From NCBI GenBank assembly GCA_963667565.1, contig OY763415.1:352001-416000 (forward strand): DNA of 64,000 nucleotides, read 5' to 3'. The notes below the pieces were generated by a model. The model ran no database searches. It was not told where the DNA came from and worked only from the letters and a program-made list of their open reading frames with translations. Shown piece by piece: positions 50,121-59,329 of the stretch; position 1 is the first letter of the stretch; every line of letters begins with the position of its first letter. Position numbers and translations under genes: made by a program. This DNA is from Acholeplasmataceae bacterium. Its GTDB lineage: Bacteria; Bacillota_I; Bacilli_A; Acholeplasmatales; Acholeplasmataceae.

Positions 50121-51110
50121 ATGAGACTTTTTAAGAAGTTTTTTTTATTAATGTTTGCTGCGTTAACAGTATTTTCTGTTGCAGCTTGTCAATATGAATC
50201 AAATACTATTTATATTGCAGAAGGAGATTGGGATAGCAATAGATTTTATAATGATGTTGTAGAATTTATTCTAGAAAACGGTTATGGTGAAGATGTTGAA
50301 ATCACTGAAATCGGTACTCAAGGTATGGTTTTAGGACTTACTGATGGTTCTATTGATTTAAATGTAGAAACGTGGAGTGAAAACATGGCAACTTATCAGT
50401 CTGATATAGAAGCTGGATATTACGAAGAACTAGGTGTTAACTTTAATGATAATTATCAAGGTTTATATATTCCACAATATATTAAGGATGCGAATCCTGG
50501 TTTAGTTTCTGTTGATGATTTGGTTAACTACAAGTCACTATTTCCAGATCCTGAAGTCACTTCATGGAATGCTGAAACAGATAAGGCTGTTGTTTATGGT
50601 GGGCCATCATCTTGGTCAATCACTGAATTTTTCAAAAAGAAATTTGAAAATACAGATGTTTACCCAGATTTAGTTGCTAATTTTGAATTTAGACCACTTG
50701 AAAGTACTGCAACACTTAATACAACGATCGTTAGTGCTTTTAACAATCAAAGTGCTTGGGTGGGTTACTATTGGGAACCAACAGATATTATGGGTTTATA
50801 TGATATGTATTTATTAGAAGATAACCATGATTATAATGTAGATACGGGTGTAGGATTTGTGCCAACAAATAATGTAACCATTGTTGCAACTTCTGGATTT
50901 AAAGATGCTTATCCAGATGCAGCGACATTCTTATCTAAGATGCATACATCATCATCAGTTGTTAATGCAGTCCTTGCATACATGGTAGAAAATGATTTAG
51001 AAACTTATGATGCAGCTGTTTGGTGGTTAGATAATAATGAAGCTATGTGGAGTCAATGGGTAACTGCTGACGCACAAACTAAAATTAGAGAAGCACTAGA
51101 TGCTTTATAA
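50121..51110 (+). CDS. Glycine betaine/proline ABC substrate-binding lipoprotein
   Basis: Lipobox VAAC, DWDS, ETW, YYWEPT. Confidence 0.9.
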   Translation: MRLFKKFFLLMFAALTVFSVAACQYESNTIYIAEGDWDSNRFYNDVVEFILENGYGEDVEITEIGTQGMVLGLTDGSIDLNVETWSENMATYQSDIEAGYYEELGVNFNDNYQGLYIPQYIKDANPGLVSVDDLVNYKSLFPDPEVTSWNAETDKAVVYGGPSSWSITEFFKKKFENTDVYPDLVANFEFRPLESTATLNTTIVSAFNNQSAWVGYYWEPTDIMGLYDMYLLEDNHDYNVDTGVGFVPTNNVTIVATSGFKDAYPDAATFLSKMHTSSSVVNAVLAYMVENDLETYDAAVWWLDNNEAMWSQWVTADAQTKIREALDAL

Positions 51111-51120
51111 ATACCAAAAC

Positions 51121-51147
51121 ATATGCAGCGGAGACTCGCTGCATATT
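51121..51147 (+). other. Intra-operon hairpin after the binding-protein gene
   Basis: ATATGCAGCG-gagact-CGCTGCATAT with a weak U tail; could be an mRNA stabiliser or partial terminator. Confidence 0.55.
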
Positions 51148-51168
51148 TATTAGAAAGAGGAGGATATT

Positions 51169-52215
51169 ATGTTTTCAATACCTGAATGGTTAAATTTCCA
51201 TGATCAAATTTCAAATGCCATCGATCAGTTTTTTAATTGGTTTAAACAAGTGTTTAGTTGGTTATTTGAAATTATCAGAGTCATTATTATTACATTATTG
51301 GATTTAGTCCAAAATATATTAACCCAAACACCTTGGTGGATATGGGGGGCATTAGTATTGGTATATGTTGGATTTACATTTTTTACAAAAATCAAAGCTA
51401 AAATTAAGTGGTTTGTCATCATATTGGTATTAATCGGATGGCTTATATTTCATAATGTTATGATCGAAAATCCAGCCGTAAATATGGATTTAGGTAACTT
51501 AACAACACCTTGGTGGATATTTATTGTGTTTTTATTTTTTGCAACCAAATATTTATACAAAGGTTATAAAATGGCTATTGTTTTATCGCTATTACTATTT
51601 TTAATTGGTATATTTGGAGTTTGGGATGCGATGCTTAGTACATTAGCGATTATTATTATTGCAGTGATGTTTAGTTTTATGATTGGTATTCCCTTTGGTA
51701 TACTTATGGCTAAATTCGTCCATGTTAAACGCATTATGGAACCCATTTTGGATATGATGCAAACCATTCCATCGTTTGTTTACTTGATTCCAGCGATTAT
51801 GTTATTTAGTATTGGTAGAGTACCCGCAACGTTTGCAACCATTATTTATGCAGTTCCGCCATTGATTAGACTTACCTATTTGGGTATCATCAATGTGGAT
51901 AAAGAAATGATAGAAGCAGGCCAAGCATTTGGATCTACACCAAGACAATTATTATTTAAAATACAAATACCTCAAGCACTTGCTACGATTGCAACAGGTT
52001 TGAATCAAACGACCATGATGGCTGTTTCTATGGTTGTTATTGCATCTATGATTGGTGCAGGTGGATTAGGTAGTATTGTACTAAGTGCAAATCAACAAAT
52101 CGCAATCGGTGATGGTTTTGTCGGAGGATTTGCAATCGTATTTTTAGCGATTATCCTAGATCGATTATTGCAAGGTGTTGCAAATAAAATTAAGTCTTCA
52201 AGAGGTGATCAATAA
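51169..52215 (+). CDS. Glycine betaine ABC permease (ProW/OpuAB)
   Basis: PILDMMQTIPSFVYLIP, EAGQAFG, ASMIGAGGLG. Confidence 0.93.
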   Translation: MFSIPEWLNFHDQISNAIDQFFNWFKQVFSWLFEIIRVIIITLLDLVQNILTQTPWWIWGALVLVYVGFTFFTKIKAKIKWFVIILVLIGWLIFHNVMIENPAVNMDLGNLTTPWWIFIVFLFFATKYLYKGYKMAIVLSLLLFLIGIFGVWDAMLSTLAIIIIAVMFSFMIGIPFGILMAKFVHVKRIMEPILDMMQTIPSFVYLIPAIMLFSIGRVPATFATIIYAVPPLIRLTYLGIINVDKEMIEAGQAFGSTPRQLLFKIQIPQALATIATGLNQTTMMAVSMVVIASMIGAGGLGSIVLSANQQIAIGDGFVGGFAIVFLAIILDRLLQGVANKIKSSRGDQ

Positions 52216-53393
52216 TGGGTATGAACATATCAGTTAAAAATTTATCAATGATTTTTGGTACGGAAAAACAAAAAGCAGAAGCACTTAAACTGATTAACTC
52301 TGATATGAGTGTATCAGAAATTAAAAAACAAACAGGAGCGACTGTTGCTAACCGTAACGTTAATTTTGAAATTGAAGAGAATGAGATGTTTGTTATTGTT
52401 GGATTGTCTGGTAGTGGTAAATCAACCTTTATTCGTACACTAAATCTTCTTAATGTGCCAACACTGGGAACAATTACCATTGGTGGAGAAGAAGTCACTA
52501 AGATGAACAAAGAAACATTAAGATCATTTAGAAGAAATAAAGTATCAATGGTTTTTCAACATTTTGGTTTATTTAGTCACATGACAGTTTTAGGTAATGT
52601 CGAATATCCATTAGAAATCCAAGGCATTGATGCTAAATTAAGAAGAGAGAAAGCTTTAGAGTCAATAGAAAGTGTTGGATTAAAAGGATGGGGACAAAGT
52701 CTTATCAGTGAATTATCTGGTGGGATGAGACAAAGAGTGGGTTTAGCTAGAGCACTTACAAATAATCCTGAACTTTTATTGATGGATGAACCATATAGTG
52801 CACTAGATCCGCTGATTCGAAGAGATATGCAAAACGAGTTATTATCATTAGAGGATGACTCGCAAAGAACAATTGTATTTATCACTCATGATATGAATGA
52901 AGCCTTTCGACTCGGAGATCGTATTGCACTGATGAAAGATGGAGAAGTCGTGCAAATTGGTACACCAGATGAATTTTTTGACCATCCTGCAAATGATTAT
53001 GTTAAAGATTTTATTGCAGATGTTGATAAATCAAGAATACTTAAAGTTAGAAATGTGATGAGAAAAATAAGAAATACGGTTTTATATAATGAGTCTATCA
53101 AAAACGTTAAAGTTTTTCTAAATGAAAAAGACTTAGACTATTGTTATGTCGTAGATGAAAAAGATAAATTAATGGGTTATGTTGAAAAATCTAGCATCAC
53201 ACGAAGTAAAAAAGAAACCATCGAATCGTTTATAAAAACTGATGAGTATGTCATTGCAAAAAGAAACGATTATTTAAAAGATATATGGACACATTTAAAA
53301 GATACGACTTATGATGTACCTGTTGTTGATAACAAAGGTAGATTTCGTGGTGTCATCGGTCCTGATGATGTTTTAAAAGCATTATCAGATTGA
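52215..53393 (+). CDS. Glycine betaine ABC ATPase with CBS domains (ProV/OpuAA)
   Basis: GLSGSGKST, LSGGMRQR, DEPYSALDPLIR, C-terminal CBS pair. Confidence 0.95.
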   Translation: MGMNISVKNLSMIFGTEKQKAEALKLINSDMSVSEIKKQTGATVANRNVNFEIEENEMFVIVGLSGSGKSTFIRTLNLLNVPTLGTITIGGEEVTKMNKETLRSFRRNKVSMVFQHFGLFSHMTVLGNVEYPLEIQGIDAKLRREKALESIESVGLKGWGQSLISELSGGMRQRVGLARALTNNPELLLMDEPYSALDPLIRRDMQNELLSLEDDSQRTIVFITHDMNEAFRLGDRIALMKDGEVVQIGTPDEFFDHPANDYVKDFIADVDKSRILKVRNVMRKIRNTVLYNESIKNVKVFLNEKDLDYCYVVDEKDKLMGYVEKSSITRSKKETIESFIKTDEYVIAKRNDYLKDIWTHLKDTTYDVPVVDNKGRFRGVIGPDDVLKALSD

Positions 53394-53395
53394 TA

Positions 53396-53424
53396 TTGAC
53401 AAATAAGTATTAAATGCGTATAAT
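53396..53424 (+). promoter_or_regulatory. Consensus sigma-A promoter
   Basis: TTGACA (53396-401), 17 bp, TATAAT (53419-24). Confidence 0.85.
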
Positions 53425-53431
53425 ATACATA

Positions 53432-53686
53432 AATCAATGATTGGAAATAGTAAGTTTTTCTATTTTATTAAAGAGAGTATACGGTTGGTGTGAGTATATA
53501 TAAAAGGATTTACTGAATGGCTCCAAGAGAGGAAACTTGAAGTAAGTAGGGTTTCACGGGTACTCCCGTTATCGAGTTAAGATATGATTGTATCTGATGA
53601 GGGTTCATTTAATGAACTAAAATAAGGTGGTACCACGTTTATAACGTCCTTTATGCATTTTTGCATGAAGGACTTTTTTATTTTTT
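53432..53686 (+). ncRNA. T-box riboswitch (Trp specifier)
   Basis: AGAGA and GGTG Stem I motifs; GAA-TGG specifier at about 53515-20; T-box AAGGTGGTACCACG pairing with CGTCCTT; terminator GTCCTTTATGC...GCATGAAGGAC with U run. Confidence 0.92.
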
Positions 53687-53788
53687 AAAGGAGGTATAAA
53701 ATGGGACCTTGAAGAGCTCTAAATTTTAAATTAAAAGATATAAGAAATAAAAAATATAATAAAAATCAAGAAAAAGGAAAACAAACAT

Positions 53789-54970
53789 ATGAATTTAGAA
53801 TTTGGAAGATTTGGTGGTCAATTTGTACCACCTCAAGTTGTCAAAGCATTAAATGAATTAGAAAAAGAATTTAATAAAGCAAAAGATGATCCAGAATTTA
53901 TTAAAGAATTTAAATATTATTTAAAAGACTATGTTGGACGTCCTAGTCCGCTATATTATGCAGAACAACTCACTAAGAAATTAGGTGGTGCAAAAATATA
54001 TTTAAAACGTGAAGATTTAAATCATACAGGTGCACACAAAATCAATAATACCATTGGTCAAATACTACTTGCAAAACGTATGGGCAAAAAAAGAATTATT
54101 GCTGAAACTGGTGCAGGTCAACATGGAGTTGCTACTGCAACTACTGCTGCAATGTTTGGTATGGAATGTGAGATATTTCAAGGTGAACTTGATACACAAA
54201 GACAAAGACTTAATGTCTTTAGAATGGAAATGTTAGGGGCTAAGGTTACACCCGTTACACAAGGTACAAGAACGTTAGCGGATGCAGTTGATTATGCGAT
54301 TAACGAATGGGTAAAACGTATTGATGATACATTTTATTTATTAGGAAGTGCTGTAGGACCTCACCCTTATCCAACCATTGTTAAGCATTTTCAAAAAATC
54401 ATTGGCGAAGAAGCAAAAGTTCAAATCCTAGAAAAAGAAAATAGATTACCAGACTACTTAATTGCTTGTGTTGGTGGTGGATCAAATGCGATTGGTCTAT
54501 TCACGGATTTCATTAAAGATGAGGATGTTAAGATTATTGGTGTTGAAGCTGCAGGTAAAGGGTTAAAAACAAAAGATCATGCAGCCACCATGACACTTGG
54601 CCGTGAAGGTGTGATTCATGGTATGAATACAAAAGCTATTTTTAATGAAGATGGTCAAGTCTCTCCTGTATATTCCATATCAGCAGGTCTTGATTATCCT
54701 GGTGTAGGACCTGAACATGCCTATCTTCAAGATATTAAGCGTGTGACATATGAAAGTGCAACTGATCAAGAAGCAGTAGATGCATTTTTAGAGCTTTCAA
54801 GAACTGAAGGTATCATACCAGCCATTGAATCATCTCATGCGATTGCTTATGCATTAAAACTTGCCCCTACGCTTGATAAAGATAAAATTATTCTAATTAA
54901 TTTATCAGGTCGTGGCGATAAAGATGTTGAAGCGATTGAAGCATTTTTAGAGGGTAGACCAACAGAATAA
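53789..54970 (+). CDS. trpB: Tryptophan synthase beta subunit (TrpB1 type)
   Basis: [44 protein letters not shown]. Confidence 0.98.
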   Translation: MNLEFGRFGGQFVPPQVVKALNELEKEFNKAKDDPEFIKEFKYYLKDYVGRPSPLYYAEQLTKKLGGAKIYLKREDLNHTGAHKINNTIGQILLAKRMGKKRIIAETGAGQHGVATATTAAMFGMECEIFQGELDTQRQRLNVFRMEMLGAKVTPVTQGTRTLADAVDYAINEWVKRIDDTFYLLGSAVGPHPYPTIVKHFQKIIGEEAKVQILEKENRLPDYLIACVGGGSNAIGLFTDFIKDEDVKIIGVEAAGKGLKTKDHAATMTLGREGVIHGMNTKAIFNEDGQVSPVYSISAGLDYPGVGPEHAYLQDIKRVTYESATDQEAVDAFLELSRTEGIIPAIESSHAIAYALKLAPTLDKDKIILINLSGRGDKDVEAIEAFLEGRPTE

Positions 54971-54973
54971 AAA

Positions 54974-55003
54974 AAGAGCACTTCATAAAAATGAAGTGCT
55001 CTT
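54974..55003. terminator. Terminator hairpin between convergent trpB and arsC
   Basis: AAGAGCACTTCAT-aaaa-ATGAAGTGCTCTT. Confidence 0.8.
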
Positions 55004-55006
55004 ATA

Positions 55007-55426
55007 TTAATCTAAATTAATTTCTTTTGATAAAATTCTTTCTTTTAAAGATTTGATCTTTTCTTCGATGATATCAGCGGTTTTAATAAATTCACTATCT
55101 GCTAAACCTGATGGATCATCAAGACCCCAATCTTCTCTATGTTTACAAGGGATAAATGGACATTCGACGTTACAGCCCATGGTAATTAATACATCAAATG
55201 CTTGTGGAAGGTCATCAATTAATTTTGAATGTTGAGTTTGATTCATGTCAACTCCAATTCTATCTTTGATGATTCTAACCGCATCTTGATTAATTTGTGG
55301 TTTGGTTTCTGTACCACCACTATAAGCATCAAAGAAGTCACCTTCTAGGTGTTTTGTTAATGCCTCAGCCATTTGACTTCTACAACTGTTGTGCACACAT
55401 ACATATGCTACGCTAACTTTTTTCAT
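55007..55426 (-). CDS. arsC: Arsenate reductase, LMW-PTP/thioredoxin type
   Basis: CVHNSCRSQMAE, TMGC..ECP, W.L.DP. Confidence 0.9.
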   Translation of the reverse strand: MKKVSVAYVCVHNSCRSQMAEALTKHLEGDFFDAYSGGTETKPQINQDAVRIIKDRIGVDMNQTQHSKLIDDLPQAFDVLITMGCNVECPFIPCKHREDWGLDDPSGLADSEFIKTADIIEEKIKSLKERILSKEINLD

Positions 55427-55434
55427 GTGATCTC

Positions 55435-55674
55435 CTATAATAATTCTTCAATGAATTTTTTGATTTCAGATACACTTGGTACTCTACCAGAAGAGACGAT
55501 TTTACCATCAATGATAAGTCCTGGAGTTCTAAGCAATCCACTATTTGTAATCTCAATCATATCTGTAATATATAATACATCAGCATCAACTGCAAGTTCT
55601 TTGACTGCTTGCTCAGTAAAATTTAGCAATTTTTTACAATTGGCGCATCCACCACCTAAAATTTTAAGTTCCAT
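55435..55674 (-). CDS. Small thioredoxin-like redox protein (MTH895-like)
   Basis: KILG.GCANC, TPGL.IDG. Confidence 0.88.
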   Translation of the reverse strand: MELKILGGGCANCKKLLNFTEQAVKELAVDADVLYITDMIEITNSGLLRTPGLIIDGKIVSSGRVPSVSEIKKFIEELL

Positions 55675-55687
55675 ATATGCTCCTTTC

Positions 55688-56695
55688 TTATAAAAGTATA
55701 TTGAATAAATAACCCATAAGTATAATACTTATTGAGACGATTGCTATAAAAGTAAATAATAATTTTGGTTTAACAACTTTCTTTAACATAATCATCGAAG
55801 GAAGTGATAGTGCTGTAACAGCCATCATAAATGCTAGGACAGTACCAATACCGACACCTTTTAAGACAAGTGCTTCAGCAATTGGAAGTGTTCCAAAGAT
55901 ATCAGCATACATAGGAATACCTATGATTGTAGCAATAAATACAGAAAACGGATTATGACTACCTAAGATGGCCTCGACAAATGTTTGTGGGATGACACCA
56001 TGGATAAGTGCACCAATACCAACACCAATTAATATATATTTCCATACACGTTTGATAATATCGGTCACTTGATAAAGACTTTCTTTTACGCGTGCCTTAA
56101 AGGTAAGTTTTAAAATATCATCACCATCGATATAATTTGCATTTTTAATATAATCTTCGACATATTTATCCATCTTAAATAGATGAATGAGTGTGCCTCC
56201 AATGACGGCAATGATGATACCTACAATAACATATAATAATGCTATTTTCCAACCAAAGAAACTCGCGAGTAGTAAGACAGAAGCAAGATCAACTAGCGGT
56301 GAAGAAATTAAAAATGAAAACGTCACACCTACAGGTAAACCAGCTCTTGTAAAACCTATAAATATTGGAATTGATGAGCAACTACAAAATGGCGTTAATG
56401 TGCCAAGAAGTGCACCAAAGACATGTGATCCAAAGCCTTGATGTTTTGAGAGTATTTTCTTTGTTCGCTCAGGTGGAAAATAGGTTTGAATATATGAAGA
56501 TATAAAAATAAGAGTCATGAGTAATATAAATATTTTTATCGTATCATATATAAAGAATGATAATGATGTAAATAACTGTGAATCAATATCTAATTTAAAT
56601 AGATCAAGTAAGAGTTTGTTGACTAAATCTTGTAGCCATAACATTTTTAAAAATTGATCATTAAAAAAATTGAAAAAATCTGTTATAAATTGCAT
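55688..56695 (-). CDS. ArsP-family (DUF318) permease
   Basis: TPFCSCSSIP, FLISSP, ALSLP motifs. Confidence 0.88.
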   Translation of the reverse strand: MQFITDFFNFFNDQFLKMLWLQDLVNKLLLDLFKLDIDSQLFTSLSFFIYDTIKIFILLMTLIFISSYIQTYFPPERTKKILSKHQGFGSHVFGALLGTLTPFCSCSSIPIFIGFTRAGLPVGVTFSFLISSPLVDLASVLLLASFFGWKIALLYVIVGIIIAVIGGTLIHLFKMDKYVEDYIKNANYIDGDDILKLTFKARVKESLYQVTDIIKRVWKYILIGVGIGALIHGVIPQTFVEAILGSHNPFSVFIATIIGIPMYADIFGTLPIAEALVLKGVGIGTVLAFMMAVTALSLPSMIMLKKVVKPKLLFTFIAIVSISIILMGYLFNILL

Positions 56696-56970
56696 GATGA
56701 TGTTGATGTCTTAAGCGCTTGTAAATATGAAATCATGTCATCAATGACTTCTAGATTGACATGGTGCTTATGCCAAGTTCCTTCTTTCTTTGATGTTGTA
56801 AGTCCTGATTGTTTTAATAAATTTAAATGATATGACATGGTTGGTTGTGTAATTGGTAGTTGATCGATGAGTGTACAACCACATGTTTGTCCACTAATCA
56901 ATAATTTAAGAATTTTTAATCTGTTTTCATCAGAAATTGCTTTAAAAAGTAAAGCGTATTTATCATCCAT
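56683..56970 (-). CDS. arsR: ArsR/SmtB repressor
   Basis: FKA.SD.NRL.IL, TCGC, QPT.SYHL..L. Confidence 0.9.
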   Translation of the reverse strand: MDDKYALLFKAISDENRLKILKLLISGQTCGCTLIDQLPITQPTMSYHLNLLKQSGLTTSKKEGTWHKHHVNLEVIDDMISYLQALKTSTSSCNL

Positions 56971-56986
56971 TGTTGAACCTCCTTAA

Positions 56987-57049
56987 ATATAGATAAATAT
57001 CAATATAGATAACCATCTATATATTACACCTTTATATATAAAGAGTCAA
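56987..57049 (-). promoter_or_regulatory. ars promoter with two overlapping palindromic operators
   Basis: Minus-strand TTGACT (57044-49), 17 bp, TAATAT (57021-26); ATATAGAT-aacc-ATCTATAT (57003-22) and ATATAGAT-aaat-ATCAATAT (56987-57006). Confidence 0.7.
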
Positions 57050-57108
57050 GAAGATTTTGACTTTTAAAAGTATGTGCTTACGTGTATAATAGTTTTGAGG
57101 TGTTAAAG

Positions 57109-57843
57109 ATGAATATAAACTTATCAAGTAAAAATTATTGTGAAGTGATTTTTAAAGATCAAAAGAAAAAAGATTTACTTTTGATTTTACCTGGTGGTGG
57201 ATATGAATATACATCCAAAAGAGAAGCATTACCTGTTGCAGAAACTTTTATGACACTTGATGTGCATGCGGCCATTTTTTATTATCGTGAAGAAAAATTG
57301 TTATATCCAATGATTATGGATGAAGCACTTGAACTTATTAAAAAACTAAAAGCACTAGCATTTGTTAATGATATTATCGTGATAGGTTTTTCAGCGGGTG
57401 GTCATTATGCAGGTCTTATGTTGACGCAATTACCATCCTATTTCAAAAAAGGACTCATGATCTATCCAGTGGTCTCTACACTCCCTAAGTTTGCACATAA
57501 GTCATCTTATGAGCAATTATTAGGTAAGAAATTTGATGATCATATGATTGATGAGATATCTATTGATTTGCAAGTTAATGAGAAGATGCCGCCCATTTTT
57601 TTAATGCATTCGATGGATGACGAAAGTGTCCCTGTTGAAAATTCTATAGATTTAATGAATGCATTGAAGAATAAAGGATGTTATGTAGAATCACATTTTT
57701 ACCCTACTGGTGGACATGGAATATCAGTTGTTACAAAAGAGGTTTGTACTCAAGATAATAAAGATGCATTCATGAATTCATTTGGATATATCCGTTCATG
57801 GGTTGACCTTGCAAAATCATTTATAGAAAGAGAAATCAAATGA
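57109..57843 (+). CDS. Alpha/beta hydrolase (esterase)
   Basis: PGGGY, GFSAGG, DD.SVP, GGHG. Confidence 0.9.
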   Translation: MNINLSSKNYCEVIFKDQKKKDLLLILPGGGYEYTSKREALPVAETFMTLDVHAAIFYYREEKLLYPMIMDEALELIKKLKALAFVNDIIVIGFSAGGHYAGLMLTQLPSYFKKGLMIYPVVSTLPKFAHKSSYEQLLGKKFDDHMIDEISIDLQVNEKMPPIFLMHSMDDESVPVENSIDLMNALKNKGCYVESHFYPTGGHGISVVTKEVCTQDNKDAFMNSFGYIRSWVDLAKSFIEREIK

Positions 57844-58523
57844 CAAATATATTACTTAGTTTAAGAAGTTTTAATGATGAATCTATATATAAACCATTAT
57901 CTAAAATCATCAAAAAAGAGATGAAAGTTGCAGTATTAGTCTATTCATTTTTTGAGATGTTTTGTCCAACAAAAGAGATTTATGAATCTTATTATGAAGA
58001 AGGTAAAGAATACTATCAAAAAATATTAGAATCATTTAGTATTTTTGGTATCGATACCAAATCGTTATTATGGATTGATTATTATAAGGATAGTAAAGAG
58101 GATGCCATTAAGAAACTTGAAGAAGCAGATGTGATTTATCTCCCAGGTGGCGCACCAGATGAGATGATGGTTCGCATTAAAGAAAAAGCGTTATTAAATG
58201 CATTAAATGATCCTGATAAAATCTATGTTGGTGTTTCAGCTGGTGCGATGATTCAACTTGGATTATTCCATATCTCTGCTGATCATGAATATCCTAAATT
58301 TGGATTATATGATGGACTAGGACATGTTAATGACTTATTTATTGAAGTGCATTATCGCAGAAGAAGAAAACAAAAGTCAAGTTTAAGATATATGTTTAGA
58401 ACATATAAAAAACCAATCTATATCATTCCCAATGAAGGTGGACTGATCATAAAAGAGGGTAGGGTTACATGTATTGGAAATGCAAAACTATTTTATGATA
58501 AAAAAGGAATTGTGAAATCATGA
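57840..58523 (+). CDS. Peptidase S51/PepE-like (class I glutamine amidotransferase fold)
   Basis: YLPGG, GVSAGAM, EVHY. Confidence 0.85.
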   Translation: MTNILLSLRSFNDESIYKPLSKIIKKEMKVAVLVYSFFEMFCPTKEIYESYYEEGKEYYQKILESFSIFGIDTKSLLWIDYYKDSKEDAIKKLEEADVIYLPGGAPDEMMVRIKEKALLNALNDPDKIYVGVSAGAMIQLGLFHISADHEYPKFGLYDGLGHVNDLFIEVHYRRRRKQKSSLRYMFRTYKKPIYIIPNEGGLIIKEGRVTCIGNAKLFYDKKGIVKS

Positions 58524-59248
58524 GAAGATTCGTTATAATATATACGATTGCGAGTGTCTTTTTACTCGTGATTGTGACACTTATTGCAAGTTATAATCAC
58601 TATTTAGCACGTATCATTGATGTCTATAATGAGATATCAGAAGAAGCTGTTACCAATCAAAATTTTGATGATTATGTTGGTATTCAATCACTTTATTATA
58701 AAATGATTAGTGAAGAACAAGTAGGCGATTATCAGTTTTCTATTTATTTATCTGCAGGCTCTAATAACGAAGTGAGCTTGACACAACTATCCATCTATGT
58801 TTTACCGCTTCATGAAGTCACTTATGCATCTGCAGTTGATGATGCAAATGATCAAACAAATATCATATTTACTAATGATGATGAGAGCATTATTTATGCA
58901 CTTAATGAAGATGATAATTTTACAGGTGAAGCTATCAGCTATGGAATTGCAACCATTGGTTTTTACTACAGTGCAATTACATTAGAAGATTTCAAGAATA
59001 TTCATATTGAAGTCATTGATTATCATGGAAATAGTATTTATCAAACAAGTTATGATTATCAAAACCAATTAGATCCATCAGATTCACTCATCACTTTAGG
59101 ATTTGATGAAACTAGATTAAATGAACTCATCGATTTTAATACATATGTCAGACCACAAATTGTATCAAATGTCGGATTGTTCTTGATTGTTGATATTTTA
59201 CTTGGAACATTTATTTACTTTTATAGAAAAAAATCAAAGAAGTTATAA
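58520..59248 (+). CDS. Hypothetical membrane protein with TM at both ends
   Basis: Hydrophobic termini with an acidic extracellular domain between them. Confidence 0.7.
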   Translation: MRRFVIIYTIASVFLLVIVTLIASYNHYLARIIDVYNEISEEAVTNQNFDDYVGIQSLYYKMISEEQVGDYQFSIYLSAGSNNEVSLTQLSIYVLPLHEVTYASAVDDANDQTNIIFTNDDESIIYALNEDDNFTGEAISYGIATIGFYYSAITLEDFKNIHIEVIDYHGNSIYQTSYDYQNQLDPSDSLITLGFDETRLNELIDFNTYVRPQIVSNVGLFLIVDILLGTFIYFYRKKSKKL

Positions 59249-59329
59249 ACTTCTTTTTTTTATTGCTTATTTTTAGGGTTTGTAAATTAAATAAATTCAC
59301 ATATAATTATAGTTGGAAGAGGTGAGGGC

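Noticed and set aside
1507..58985. Short antisense or alternate-frame ORFs in the track (for example 1507-1770, 8959-9261, 41599-41928, 52577-52885, 55373-55693)
   Set aside because: They lie within or across well-supported genes, lack RBSs and motifs, and look like shadow ORFs.
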